This document shows, one piece after another, positions 63,994 to 64,000 of a DNA stretch of 64,000 nt. The notes below the pieces were generated by a model, which was not told where the DNA came from, made no database searches, and saw only the letters and a list, made by a program, of their open reading frames with translations. Made by a program: the position numbers and the translations under genes. Each line of letters starts with the position of its first letter. Within the stretch, counting starts at the first letter, position 1. Source of the DNA: Planctomycetota bacterium (GTDB lineage: Bacteria; Planctomycetota; B15-G4); contig JBBQUR010000012.1 of assembly GCA_038212275.1 (NCBI GenBank), forward strand, positions 93,115-157,114. Direction: 5' to 3'.

Positions 63994-64000
63994 CGGCTCG

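Noticed and set aside
1-64000. CRISPR arrays, rRNA, transposase/IS elements, toxin-antitoxin or classical defense systems
   Set aside because: No regularly spaced direct repeats of CRISPR size, no rRNA-like stretches, no DDE/HTH transposase-like or nuclease/helicase-type ORFs found on reading all frames.

Overview
High-GC (~70% by eye) chromosomal segment from a Gram-negative bacterium, indicated by the many lipobox lipoproteins, TPR proteins and CarbopepD-type repeat proteins. It is densely coding on both strands. All coordinates come from six-frame ORF arithmetic and motif reading only; no searches were run.

Recognisable core genes: glyQS, ptsI, a Xer-type tyrosine recombinase, pabB-pabC, ispA-dxs, rpmH, an RluA-family pseudouridine synthase, ygiQ (radical SAM), ltaE, an ABC exporter pair, an M16 zinc peptidase, a 2Fe-2S ferredoxin, an aldehyde dehydrogenase and tRNA-Leu(UAG).

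Between these lie many envelope or secreted proteins of unknown function. Many starts overlap the preceding stop as GTGA or ATGA, and I used this to place several non-ATG starts.

The most unusual unit is an eight-gene, tightly coupled minus-strand operon (28635..36057). It is built around a GlmL/MutL-like actin-fold ATPase plus six membrane or unknown proteins, in a context with no B12 mutase or other known partner.

Other notable items:
- a hydrolase / Lpp20 / Lpp20 / small-TM operon
- a 21-bp x4 tandem repeat in a convergent intergenic gap
- two paralogous giant CarbopepD-repeat anchored proteins
- an envelope-module operon fused by GTGA overlaps onto ispA-dxs, with a near-perfect palindrome before dxs
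- compositionally atypical secreted beta-propeller and Asp-rich duplicated-domain proteins
- ygiQ coupled to a PMT-family glycosyltransferase downstream of rpmH with no rnpA
- tandem secreted esterase paralogs

The many long antisense ORFs in the track are treated as high-GC artefacts.
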